Source: a virus
Taxonomy: Duplodnaviria; Heunggongvirae; Uroviricota; Caudoviricetes
DNA: 46,375 bases
Direction: 5' to 3' (one strand)
IMG/VR virus record: IMGVR_UViG_2925891887_000007
The translations under genes were made by a program, and so were the position numbers. Below the pieces are notes generated by a model, which saw only the letters and a list, made by a program, of their open reading frames with translations, did not search any database and had not been told where the DNA came from. Position 1 is the stretch's first letter; each line of letters starts with the position of its first letter. This document shows positions 39,201 through 46,375 of this stretch, piece after piece.

Positions 39201-39736
39201 GGCTGACGGCGAAAAATGCCGATATCAGCGGTAACGTGAATGCGAACTCCGGGACGCTCAACAATGTCACGATAAATGAGAACTGTCAGATTAAAGGGAA
39301 ACTGTCAGCCAACCAGATTGAAGGCGATATTGTCAAAACAGTGGGTAAGGCTTTCCCGCGGGACTCCCGGGCACCGGAGCGGTGGCCATCAGGGACCATT
39401 ACCGTCAGGATTTATGACGATCAGCCGTTTGACCGGCAGATTGTTATTCCCGCGGTGGCGTTTCGTGGCGCTAAACATGAGCGGGAGAATAACGATATTT
39501 ATTCGTCATGCCGCCTGATAGTGAAGAAAAACGGTGCTGAAATTTATAACCGTACCGCGCTGGATAATACGCTGGTTTATACAGGTGTTATTGATATGCC
39601 TGCTGGTCGCGGTCACATGACGCTGGAGTTTTCGGTATCAGCGTGGCTGGTAAATGACTGGTATCCCACAGCCAGTATCAGTGATTTGCTGGTTGTGGTG
39701 ATGAAGAAATCCACAGCAGGTATCACGATTAGCTGA
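36257..39736 (+). CDS. J: Central tail fibre / host specificity protein J
   Basis: 1159 aa; [34 protein letters not shown] matches lambda gpJ through most of its length. Confidence 0.95.
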   Translation: MGKGSSKGHTPREAKDNLKSTQLLSVIDAISEGPVEGPVDGLKSVLLNSTPVLDSEGNTNISGVTVVFRAGEQEQTPPEGFESSGSETVLGTEVKYDTPITRTITSANIDRLRFTFGVQALVETTSKGDRNPSEVRLLVQIQRNGGWVTEKDITIKGKTTSQYLASVVVDNLPPRPFNIRMRRMTPDSTTDQLQNKTLWSSYTEIIDVKQCYPNTALVGVQVDSEQFGSQQVSRNYHLRGRILQVPSNYNPQTRQYSGIWDGTFKPAYSNNMAWCLWDMLTHPRYGMGKRLGAADVDKWALYVIGQHCDQSVPDGFGGTEPRITCNAYLTTQRKAWDVLSDFCSAMRCMPVWNGQTLTFVQDRPSDKAWTYNRSNVVMPDDGAPFRYSFSALKDRHNAVEVNWIDPNNGWETATELVEDTQAIARYGRNVTKMDAFGCTSRGQAHRAGLWLIKTELLETQTVDFSVGAEGLRHVPGDVIEICDDDYAGISTGGRVLAVNSQTRTLTLDREITLPSSGTTLISLVDGSGNPVSVEVQSVTDGVKVKVSRVPDGVAGYSVWGLKLPTLRQRLFRCVSIRENDDGTYAITAVQHVPEKEAIVDNGAHFDGDQSGTVNGVTPPAVQHLTAEVTADSGEYQVLARWDTPKVVKGVSFLLRLTVAADDGSERLVSTARTTETTYRFTQLALGNYRLTVRAVNAWGQQGDPASVSFRIAAPAAPSRIELTPGYFQITATPHLAVYDPTVQFEFWFSEKRIADIRQVETTARYLGTALYWIAASINIRPGHNYYFYVRSVNTVGKSAFVEAVGQPSDDASGYLDFFKGEIGKTHLAQELWTQIDNGQLAPDLAEIRTSITDVSNEITQTVNKKLEDQSAAIQQIQKVQVDTNNNLNSMWAVKLQQMQDGRLYIAGIGAGIENTPAGMQSQVLLAADRIAMINPANGNTKPMFVGQGDQIFMNEVFLKYLTAPTITSGGNPPAFSLTPDGRLTAKNADISGNVNANSGTLNNVTINENCQIKGKLSANQIEGDIVKTVGKAFPRDSRAPERWPSGTITVRIYDDQPFDRQIVIPAVAFRGAKHERENNDIYSSCRLIVKKNGAEIYNRTALDNTLVYTGVIDMPAGRGHMTLEFSVSAWLVNDWYPTASISDLLVVVMKKSTAGITIS

Positions 39737-39755
39737 ATTTTCATAACCCATATGC

Positions 39756-39782
39756 GGGCGCCATTTCTGGCGCCTTTTTTAT
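39756..39782 (+). terminator. Rho-independent terminator after J
   Basis: GGGCGCCATTTCTGGCGCC plus TTTTTTA. Confidence 0.6.
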
Positions 39783-39804
39783 TGCAGAAAAGCGAGAGGT
39801 AATT

Positions 39805-40404
39805 ATGCGTAAAGTTTGTGCAGCCATTTTGTCCGCAGCCATCTGTCTGGCCGTATCCGGTGCGCCTGCATGGGCGTCTGAGCAGCAGGCCACGCTGAGC
39901 GCAGGGTATCTTCATGCCCGTACGAACGCTTCCGGCAGCGATAATCTGAACGGGATTAACGTGAAATACCGTTATGAGTTTACGGACACGCTGGGGCTGA
40001 TTACGTCATTCAGTTATGCCAACGCTGAAGATGAGCAAAAAACGCATTACAGCGATACCCGCTGGCATGAGGATTCCGTGCGTAATCGCTGGTTCAGCGT
40101 GATGGCGGGGCCGTCTGTGCGCGTGAATGAATGGTTCAGCGCGTATGCGATGGCGGGTGTGGCTTACAGCCGTGTGTCGACTTTCTCCGGGGATTATCTC
40201 CGCGTAACTGACAACAAGGGGAAAAAGCACGATGTGCTGACCGGAAGTGATGACGGTCGCCACAGCAACACGTCTCTGGCGTGGGGAGCTGGCGTGCAGT
40301 TTAACCCGACCGAATCCGTGGCCATTGATGTCGCTTATGAAGGCTCCGGCAGTGGTGACTGGCGCACTGACGGGTTCATCGTGGCTGTTGGTTATAAATT
40401 CTGA
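39805..40404 (+). CDS. lom: Outer membrane protein Lom (Ail/Lom family)
   Basis: Signal peptide; C-terminal DVAYEGSGSGDWRTDGFIVAVGYKF matches lambda Lom. Confidence 0.9.
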   Translation: MRKVCAAILSAAICLAVSGAPAWASEQQATLSAGYLHARTNASGSDNLNGINVKYRYEFTDTLGLITSFSYANAEDEQKTHYSDTRWHEDSVRNRWFSVMAGPSVRVNEWFSAYAMAGVAYSRVSTFSGDYLRVTDNKGKKHDVLTGSDDGRHSNTSLAWGAGVQFNPTESVAIDVAYEGSGSGDWRTDGFIVAVGYKF

Positions 40405-40430
40405 TTAGCCAGGTAACACAGTGTTATGAC

Positions 40431-40458
40431 AGCCCGCCGGTTCAGGCGGGCTTTTTTG
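40431..40458 (+). terminator. Rho-independent terminator after lom
   Basis: AGCCCGCCGGTTCAGGCGGGCT plus TTTTTT. Confidence 0.6.
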
Positions 40459-40468
40459 TGGGGTGAAT

Positions 40469-43400
40469 ATGGCAGTAAAAATTTCAGGTGTACTGAAAGA
40501 CGGCACAGGAAAACCGGTACAGAACTGCACAATCCAGCTGAAAGCAAAACGTAACAGTACCACGGTGGTGGTGAACACGCTGGCATCTGAAAATCCGGAT
40601 GAAGCCGGGCGTTACAGTATGGACGTTGAGTACGGTCAGTACAGCGTTATTCTGTTGGTGGAAGGATTCCCGCCGTCACATGCCGGGACCATCACAGTGT
40701 ATGAAGATTCCCGACCCGGTACGCTGAATGATTTTCTCGGTGCCATGACGGAGGATGATGCCCGTCCGGAGGCACTGCGCCGTTTTGAGCTGATGGTGGA
40801 AGAGGTGGCGCGTAACGCGTCCGTGGTGGCACAGAACACGGCAGCCGCGAAGAAGTCAGCCAGTGATGCCAGCACATCAGCCCGTGAGGCGGCAACCCAT
40901 GCGACTGATGCTGCAGGCTCAGCACGCGCAGCCAGCACGTCAGCCGGACAGGCCGCGTCGTCGGCTCAGTCAGCGACTTCCAGCGCAGGAACGGCATCAA
41001 CAAAGGCCACTGAAGCATCAAAAAGTGCTGCCGCTGCAGAGTCCTCAAAAAGCGCGGCAGCTACCAGTGCCAGTGCCGCAAAAACGTCAGAAACGAATGC
41101 TGCAGCGTCACAACAATCAGCAGCCACTTCTGCATCCACCGCGACTACGAAAGCGTCAGAAGCTGCCACCTCAGCCCGGGATGCGGCGGCTTCAAAAGAG
41201 GCGGCAAAATCATCAGAAACGAACGCATCCTCGAGCGCCAGTAGCGCAGCTTCCTCGGCAACAGCGGCAGGAAATTCCGCGAAGGCGGCAAAAACGTCAG
41301 AGACGAACGCCAGGTCTTCTGAAACGGCAGCGGGACAGAGCGCCTCGGCTGCGGCAGGCTCAAAAACAGCGGCTGCGTCGTCTGCCAGTGCAGCGTCAAC
41401 AAGTGCCGGGCAGGCCTCAGCCAGTGCTAGCGCCGCCGGAAAATCGGCAGAAAGCGCCGCATCGTCTGCTTCAACAGCCACAACGAAGGCTGGCGAAGCC
41501 ACTGAACAGGCCAGCGCAGCAGCGAGGTCTGCTTCCGCAGCGAAGACATCCGAAACGAACGCGAAAGCGTCGGAAACCAGCGCAGAATCCTCAAAAACGG
41601 CTGCCGCATCGTCAGCCAGTTCGGCGTCGTCATCGGCATCATCTGCGTCTGCTTCAAAAGATGAGGCGACCAGACAGGCGTCAGCAGCGAAGGGTAGCGC
41701 CACGACGGCATCCACGAAGGCGACAGAGGCAGCTGGCAGTGCGACGGCAGCAGCTCAGAGCAAAAGTACGGCGGAATCCGCGGCAACGCGCGCTGAGACA
41801 GCGGCAAAACGGGCAGAGGATATTGCATCCGCCGTGGCGCTTGAGGATGCGAGCACGACGAAAAAGGGGATAGTACAGCTCAGCAGTGCGACCAACAGCA
41901 CTTCCGAGTCACTGGCGGCAACGCCAAAAGCCGTTAAGGCCGCGTATGACCTGGCTAACGGGAAATACACCGCACAGGATGCAACGACAGCACAGAAAGG
42001 GATAATCCAGCTAAGCAGCGCGACCAACAGCACGTCTGAAACGCTGGCGGCAACGCCAAAGGCAGTAAAATCAGCCTATGACAATGCAGAGAAACGTCTG
42101 CAGAAAGACCAGAACGGCGCTGATATACCCGATAAGGGACGCTTCCTGAACAACATTAACGCGGTCAGTAAAACAGACTTTGCTGATAAGCGTGGTATGC
42201 GTTATGTGCGGGTTAACGCTCCTGCAGGTGCAACATCTGGAAAATATTACCCTGTTGTTGTTATGCGTTCTGCTGGCTCAGTAAGCGAACTGGCATCAAG
42301 GGTCATTATCACCACGGCAACGCGAACCGCAGGCGATCCGATGAATAACTGCGAGTTTAACGGATTTGTTATGCCTGGTGGCTGGACTGACAGGGGGCGT
42401 TATGCTTATGGAATGTTCTGGCAATATCAAAACAATGAACGAGCCATCCACTCAATAATGATGAGTAATAAGGGCGATGATTTGCGCTCTGTGTTCTATG
42501 TTGATGGCGCTGCTTTCCCTGTTTTTGCGTTTATCGAAGATGGCCTGTCAATATCCGCACCTGGTGCTGATCTCGTTGTTAATGATACGACCTATAAGTT
42601 TGGGGCAACAAATCCAGCGACTGAATGTATCGCGGCGGACGTTATCCTTGATTTTAAGAGTGGGCGTGGTTTTTATGAGTCTCATTCGTTAATCGTTAAC
42701 GATAACTTGTCGTGCAAAAAACTTTTTGCCACAGACGAAATTGTAGCGCGTGGTGGTAATCAGATTCGAATGATAGGTGGGGAGTATGGGGCATTATGGC
42801 GTAATGATGGCGCTAAAACTTACCTGCTGCTTACCAATCAAGGTGATGTTTATGGTGGATGGAATACATTAAGACCGTTTGCTATTGATAACGCAACCGG
42901 CGAACTGGTTATTGGAACCAAGCTGTCTGCAAGTCTGAACGGTAACGCATTGACAGCAACAAAGCTGCAAACGCCAAGACTGGTTTCTGGGGTTGAGTTT
43001 GATGGTTCAAAAGATATTACTTTAACCGCCGCGCATGTGGCTGCTTTTGCCAGAAGGGCAACGGATACATATGCCGATGCGGATGGTGGCGTTCCCTGGA
43101 ATGCCGAATCAGGCGCTTACAATGTCACCCGCTCTGGCGACAGCTATATTCTGGTTAACTTCTATACCGGAGTCGGAAGTTGCCGGACCCTGCAGATGAA
43201 GGCGCATTACAGAAATGGTGGTCTGTTCTACCGTTCTTCAAGAGACGGTTATGGTTTTGAGGAAGACTGGGCAGAAGTTTATACCTCGAAAAATCTTCCA
43301 CCAGAAAGCTACCCAGTCGGCGCACCAATCCCGTGGCCATCAGATACCGTTCCGTCTGGTTATGCCCTGATGCAGGGGCAGACTTTTGACAAATCTGCCT

Positions 43401-43999
43401 ACCCGAAACTTGCAGCCGCTTATCCGTCAGGCGTGATCCCTGATATGCGTGGCTGGACGATTAAGGGCAAGCCCGCCAGTGGTCGTGCCGTATTGTCTCA
43501 GGAACAGGACGGCATAAAATCGCATACCCACAGCGCCAGCGCATCCAGTACTGATTTGGGGACGAAAACCACATCGTCGTTTGATTACGGCACTAAATCC
43601 ACGAATAACACTGGTGCGCATACCCATAGTTTAAGTGGCAGCACGAATGCAGCTGGTAATCACAGCCATAGAGATGGCCGTCGATTTAACCCCAGTGTTT
43701 TTAAAGATACTTATCAATATGGTTATACAAGCTCAGGTCAAAATACCTGGGGTGTACAAGGCTCAGTAGGTATGTCTACGGGGGCGTTAGCTAATACCAG
43801 TACAGATGGTAACCATAGCCACTCACTGTCCGGCACAGCAGCATCTGCAGGTGCACACGCACATACTGTCGGTATTGGTGCACACACGCACTCCGTTGCG
43901 ATTGGTTCACATGGACACACCATCACCGTTAACGCTGCTGGTAACGCGGAAAACACCGTCAAAAACATCGCATTTAACTATATTGTGAGGCTTGCATAA
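40469..43999 (+). CDS. stf: Side tail fibre protein Stf (extended mosaic form)
   Basis: N-terminus [26 protein letters not shown] and C-terminal His-rich HxH region with [11 protein letters not shown] match lambda Stf; long Ala/Ser-rich repeat region. Confidence 0.9.
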   Translation: MAVKISGVLKDGTGKPVQNCTIQLKAKRNSTTVVVNTLASENPDEAGRYSMDVEYGQYSVILLVEGFPPSHAGTITVYEDSRPGTLNDFLGAMTEDDARPEALRRFELMVEEVARNASVVAQNTAAAKKSASDASTSAREAATHATDAAGSARAASTSAGQAASSAQSATSSAGTASTKATEASKSAAAAESSKSAAATSASAAKTSETNAAASQQSAATSASTATTKASEAATSARDAAASKEAAKSSETNASSSASSAASSATAAGNSAKAAKTSETNARSSETAAGQSASAAAGSKTAAASSASAASTSAGQASASASAAGKSAESAASSASTATTKAGEATEQASAAARSASAAKTSETNAKASETSAESSKTAAASSASSASSSASSASASKDEATRQASAAKGSATTASTKATEAAGSATAAAQSKSTAESAATRAETAAKRAEDIASAVALEDASTTKKGIVQLSSATNSTSESLAATPKAVKAAYDLANGKYTAQDATTAQKGIIQLSSATNSTSETLAATPKAVKSAYDNAEKRLQKDQNGADIPDKGRFLNNINAVSKTDFADKRGMRYVRVNAPAGATSGKYYPVVVMRSAGSVSELASRVIITTATRTAGDPMNNCEFNGFVMPGGWTDRGRYAYGMFWQYQNNERAIHSIMMSNKGDDLRSVFYVDGAAFPVFAFIEDGLSISAPGADLVVNDTTYKFGATNPATECIAADVILDFKSGRGFYESHSLIVNDNLSCKKLFATDEIVARGGNQIRMIGGEYGALWRNDGAKTYLLLTNQGDVYGGWNTLRPFAIDNATGELVIGTKLSASLNGNALTATKLQTPRLVSGVEFDGSKDITLTAAHVAAFARRATDTYADADGGVPWNAESGAYNVTRSGDSYILVNFYTGVGSCRTLQMKAHYRNGGLFYRSSRDGYGFEEDWAEVYTSKNLPPESYPVGAPIPWPSDTVPSGYALMQGQTFDKSAYPKLAAAYPSGVIPDMRGWTIKGKPASGRAVLSQEQDGIKSHTHSASASSTDLGTKTTSSFDYGTKSTNNTGAHTHSLSGSTNAAGNHSHRDGRRFNPSVFKDTYQYGYTSSGQNTWGVQGSVGMSTGALANTSTDGNHSHSLSGTAASAGAHAHTVGIGAHTHSVAIGSHGHTITVNAAGNAENTVKNIAFNYIVRLA
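41865..42082 (+). repeat. Direct duplication (about 86 bp units, 132 bp period) inside stf
   Basis: [29 protein letters not shown] and [29 protein letters not shown] coded by near-identical DNA at 41865-41950 and 41997-42082. Confidence 0.6.
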
Positions 44000-44580
44000 T
44001 GGCATTCAGAATGAGTGAACAACCACGGACCATAAAAATTTATAATCTGCTGGCCGGAACTAATGAATTTATTGGTGAAGGTGACGCATATATTCCGCCT
44101 CATACAGGTCTGCCAGCAAACAGTACCGATATTGCACCGCCAGATATTCCTGCTGGCTTTGTGGCTGTTTTCAACAGTGATGAGGCATCGTGGCATCTCG
44201 TTGAAGATCATCGGGGAAAAACCGTCTATGACGTGGCTTCCGGCGACGCGTTATTTATTTCTGAACTTGGCTCGTTACCGGAAAATGTCACCTGGTTATC
44301 GCCGGAAGGGGAATATCAGAAGTGGAACGGCACAGCCTGGGTGAAGGATACGGAAGCAGAAAAACTGTTCCGGATCCGGGAGGCGGAAGAAACAAAAAAC
44401 AACCTGATGCAGGTAGCCAGTGAGCATATTGCGCCGCTTCAGGATGCTGCAGATCTGGAAATTGCAACGGAGGAAGAAATCTCGTTGCTGGAAGCCTGGA
44501 AGAAGTATCGGGTGTTGCTGAACCGTGTTAATACAACAACTGCACCGGATATTGAATGGCCAGTAGCACCTATAGGGTAA
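43999..44580 (+). CDS. tfa: Tail fibre assembly protein Tfa
   Basis: [58 protein letters not shown] matches lambda Tfa. Confidence 0.92.
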   Translation: MAFRMSEQPRTIKIYNLLAGTNEFIGEGDAYIPPHTGLPANSTDIAPPDIPAGFVAVFNSDEASWHLVEDHRGKTVYDVASGDALFISELGSLPENVTWLSPEGEYQKWNGTAWVKDTEAEKLFRIREAEETKNNLMQVASEHIAPLQDAADLEIATEEEISLLEAWKKYRVLLNRVNTTTAPDIEWPVAPIG

Positions 44581-44819
44581 ATTCGTAATGATTACCTAAA
44601 TACGTTATTCTTTTGTTCAAAAAGTGATTTTTCTATAGGTAGGGAGTATGTTCTTGGATTAAGAATAAAAAATCGCCATGAAAGAGCTTCATGGCGAGTA
44701 CATAAACGTACAAAATATGATGAAAGTAGAGTGGCGTAAGCCACTATATTAAGATATGACAATAGCGAAGAAAAGTAAATAACATTTTATGGGCGTTTAA
44801 TTGTTAATTATAAAAACTA

Positions 44820-44828
44820 GAGTGCCCG
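44820..44828. repeat. IS1 target site duplication (left copy, GAGTGCCCG)
   Basis: Identical 9-mer directly flanks both IS1 ends. Confidence 0.8.
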
Positions 44829-44843
44829 GGTAATGACTCCAAC

Positions 44844-45347
44844 TTATTGATAGTGTTTTATGTTCAGATAATGCCCGATGACTTTGTCATGCAGCTCCAC
44901 CGATTTTGAGAACGACAGCGACTTCCGTCCCAGCCGTGCCAGGTGCTGCCTCAGATTCAGGTTATGCCGCTCAATTCGCTGCGTATATCGCTTGCTGATT
45001 ACGTGCAGCTTTCCCTTCAGGCGGGATTCATACAGCGGCCAGCCATCCGTCATCCATATCACCACGTCAAAGGGTGACAGCAGGCTCATAAGACGCCCCA
45101 GTGTCGCCATAGTGCGTTCACCGAATACGTGCGCAACAACCGTCTTCCGGAGCCTGTCATACGCGTAAAACAGCCAGCGCTGGCGCGATTTAGCCCCGAC
45201 GTATCCCCACTGTTCGTCCATTTCCGCGCAGACGATGACGTCACTGCCCGGCTGTATGCGCGAGGTTACCGACTGCGGCCTGAGTTTTTTAAATGGCGGA
45301 AAATCGTGTTGAGGCCAACGCCCATAATGCGGGCGGTTGCCCGGCAT
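44844..45347 (-). CDS. insB: IS1 transposase InsB frame
   Basis: 167-aa [30 protein letters not shown] matching IS1 InsB. Confidence 0.9.
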   Translation of the reverse strand: MPGNRPHYGRWPQHDFPPFKKLRPQSVTSRIQPGSDVIVCAEMDEQWGYVGAKSRQRWLFYAYDRLRKTVVAHVFGERTMATLGRLMSLLSPFDVVIWMTDGWPLYESRLKGKLHVISKRYTQRIERHNLNLRQHLARLGRKSLSFSKSVELHDKVIGHYLNIKHYQ

Positions 45348-45541
45348 CCAACGCCATTCATGGCCATATCAATGATTTTCTGGTGCGTACCGGGTTGAGA
45401 AGCGGTGTAAGTGAACTGCAGTTGCCATGTTTTACGGCAGTGAGAGCAGAGATAGCGCTGATGTCCGGCGGTGCTTTTGCCGTTACGCACCACCCCGTCA
45501 GTAGCTGAACAGGAGGGACAGCTGATAGAAACAGAAGCCAC
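45266..45541 (-). CDS. insA: IS1 InsA
   Basis: 91-aa [45 protein letters not shown]. Confidence 0.9.
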   Translation of the reverse strand: MASVSISCPSCSATDGVVRNGKSTAGHQRYLCSHCRKTWQLQFTYTASQPGTHQKIIDMAMNGVGCRATARIMGVGLNTIFRHLKNSGRSR

Positions 45542-45596
45542 TGGAGCACCTCAAAAACACCATCATACACTAAATCAGTAAGTTGGCAGCATCACC

Positions 45597-45605
45597 GAGT
45601 GCCCG
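45597..45605. repeat. IS1 target site duplication (right copy, GAGTGCCCG)
   Basis: Identical to 44820-44828. Confidence 0.8.
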
Positions 45606-45949
45606 ATATTGTTTATCTTGCTTTAAAATAATGTACTCAAACCAAATTTTTGAGCTAAAAGCTCAAATAATATAAATGCAATGATAATGTTTAATAAGAC
45701 AATTAGCTTGCTTTGTATTTTCATTTCGGAATACTGTTAAGTAACTTTGATGACACTAACAATAGATCGGAATTTTCTTAGAGTCAATGGTCACTGTTTT
45801 TGCTTGCAAAGCAAATCTTTTTGGTGGTTATAAGTTTTCTTAATATAGTCACCTATGCAACTTGTTCCGTGTGGAGATTAAAGGTTAAAATTTAATGCGA
45901 AGATGGAATTATAATATATTTTTTTATAATTAATTTAACCTTAACATCG

Positions 45950-46048
45950 TTGCTGGCGGCATGGAAGAAATATCGGGTCTTGCTGATGTCGTGTTGGCAC
46001 TTCCTTAGTGCGGTTATCGAATGGCCAGCTGTACCTGTGGGGTAAAAA
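45950..46048 (+). pseudogene. Degenerate remnant of a tfa 3' end
   Basis: TTGCTGGCGGCATGGAAGAAATATCGGGTCTTGCTG...ATCGAATGGCCAGCTGTACCTGTGGGGTAA parallels tfa 44497-44580. Confidence 0.5.
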
Positions 46049-46177
46049 CTTTATATGGGTGCTATTTTTATAATAGCTGGTAAAAACTGGCCGAACTGAA
46101 ATTCACTGTTGATAAAAAAGATGTGTTTGAGTGTATGTCATTGTTTTCTTAATGGAATCCACTAGAATGCAGCGAAT

Positions 46178-46375
46178 TTAAGAAGGTGGGTTTTTATTGG
46201 AATATAAACTACAATAATGCTCAACTCGTTCGTAGAATTGTTTTTTCTTATTTTTTGGAATGCTAACCATTATATGCATTATGGGGGCGATACTTCCTGA
46301 TAATTTACATGATGCATACATTGAAGCAATAAATTCAATATCATTGTCATCAAAGTTAAAGCTTTCTCCGTCCAT
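46178..46375 (-). CDS. Hypothetical small protein at window edge (start codon at last 3 bases of window)
   Basis: 65-aa ORF in AT-rich DNA; upstream region not visible. Confidence 0.3.
   Translation of the reverse strand: MDGESFNFDDNDIEFIASMYASCKLSGSIAPIMHIMVSIPKNKKKQFYERVEHYCSLYSNKNPPS

Larger units (their letters stand above)
44829..45596 (-). mobile_element. IS1 insertion sequence (768 bp)
   Basis: Terminal inverted repeats GGTAATGACTCCAACTTATTGAT and ATCAGTAAGTTGGCAGCATCACC; contains insA and insB; flanked by 9-bp direct repeats. Confidence 0.95.

Noticed and set aside
40636-41873. Several long overlapping ORFs on both strands (e.g. 40863-41873 Arg/Gln/Pro-rich 336 aa; 40966-41715 minus 249 aa; 40692-41048 minus)
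   Set aside because: They lie entirely within the Ala/Ser-rich repeat region of stf; the repetitive GC-rich codons leave alternative frames open by chance.
1-46375. CRISPR array or cas genes
   Set aside because: No regularly spaced direct repeats with unique spacers were seen; the only tandem repeat is the in-frame duplication inside stf.

Overview
The window is almost entirely one lambdoid prophage of an Escherichia/Shigella-type genome, running from integrase (left edge) to side tail fibre and tail fibre assembly genes (right), followed by an IS1 insertion and AT-rich DNA. All identifications rest on reading the supplied translations and DNA by eye against remembered family sequences; no search was run. 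The prophage is mosaic: a leftward early arm resembling the Qin dicB operon (ydfA-ydfB-ydfC-dicF-dicB-ydfD) under a DicA/DicC-like immunity switch, then hok, DUF968, rusA and Q, two tRNAs, a phage-21-type lysis cassette, and a lambda-like packaging/head/tail block (Nu1/A, W, portal, protease-capsid fusion, Z, U, V, G/GT, H, M, L, K, I, J, lom, stf, tfa). Four cargo insertions are not explained by core phage functions and are the best candidates for an undescribed system: (1) a low-GC island at about 8.5-11.6 kb with a 299-aa orphan protein and a convergent operon of a 4-TM membrane protein plus a small SAM-methyltransferase-like protein; (2) two tandem lipoproteins with TolA C-terminal-domain-like sequence in the Q-to-lysis slot, the first with its own sigma70-like promoter; (3) a low-GC minus-strand 230-aa gene in the bor position before cos; (4) two convergent ORFs between holin and endolysin. 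No CRISPR array was seen.
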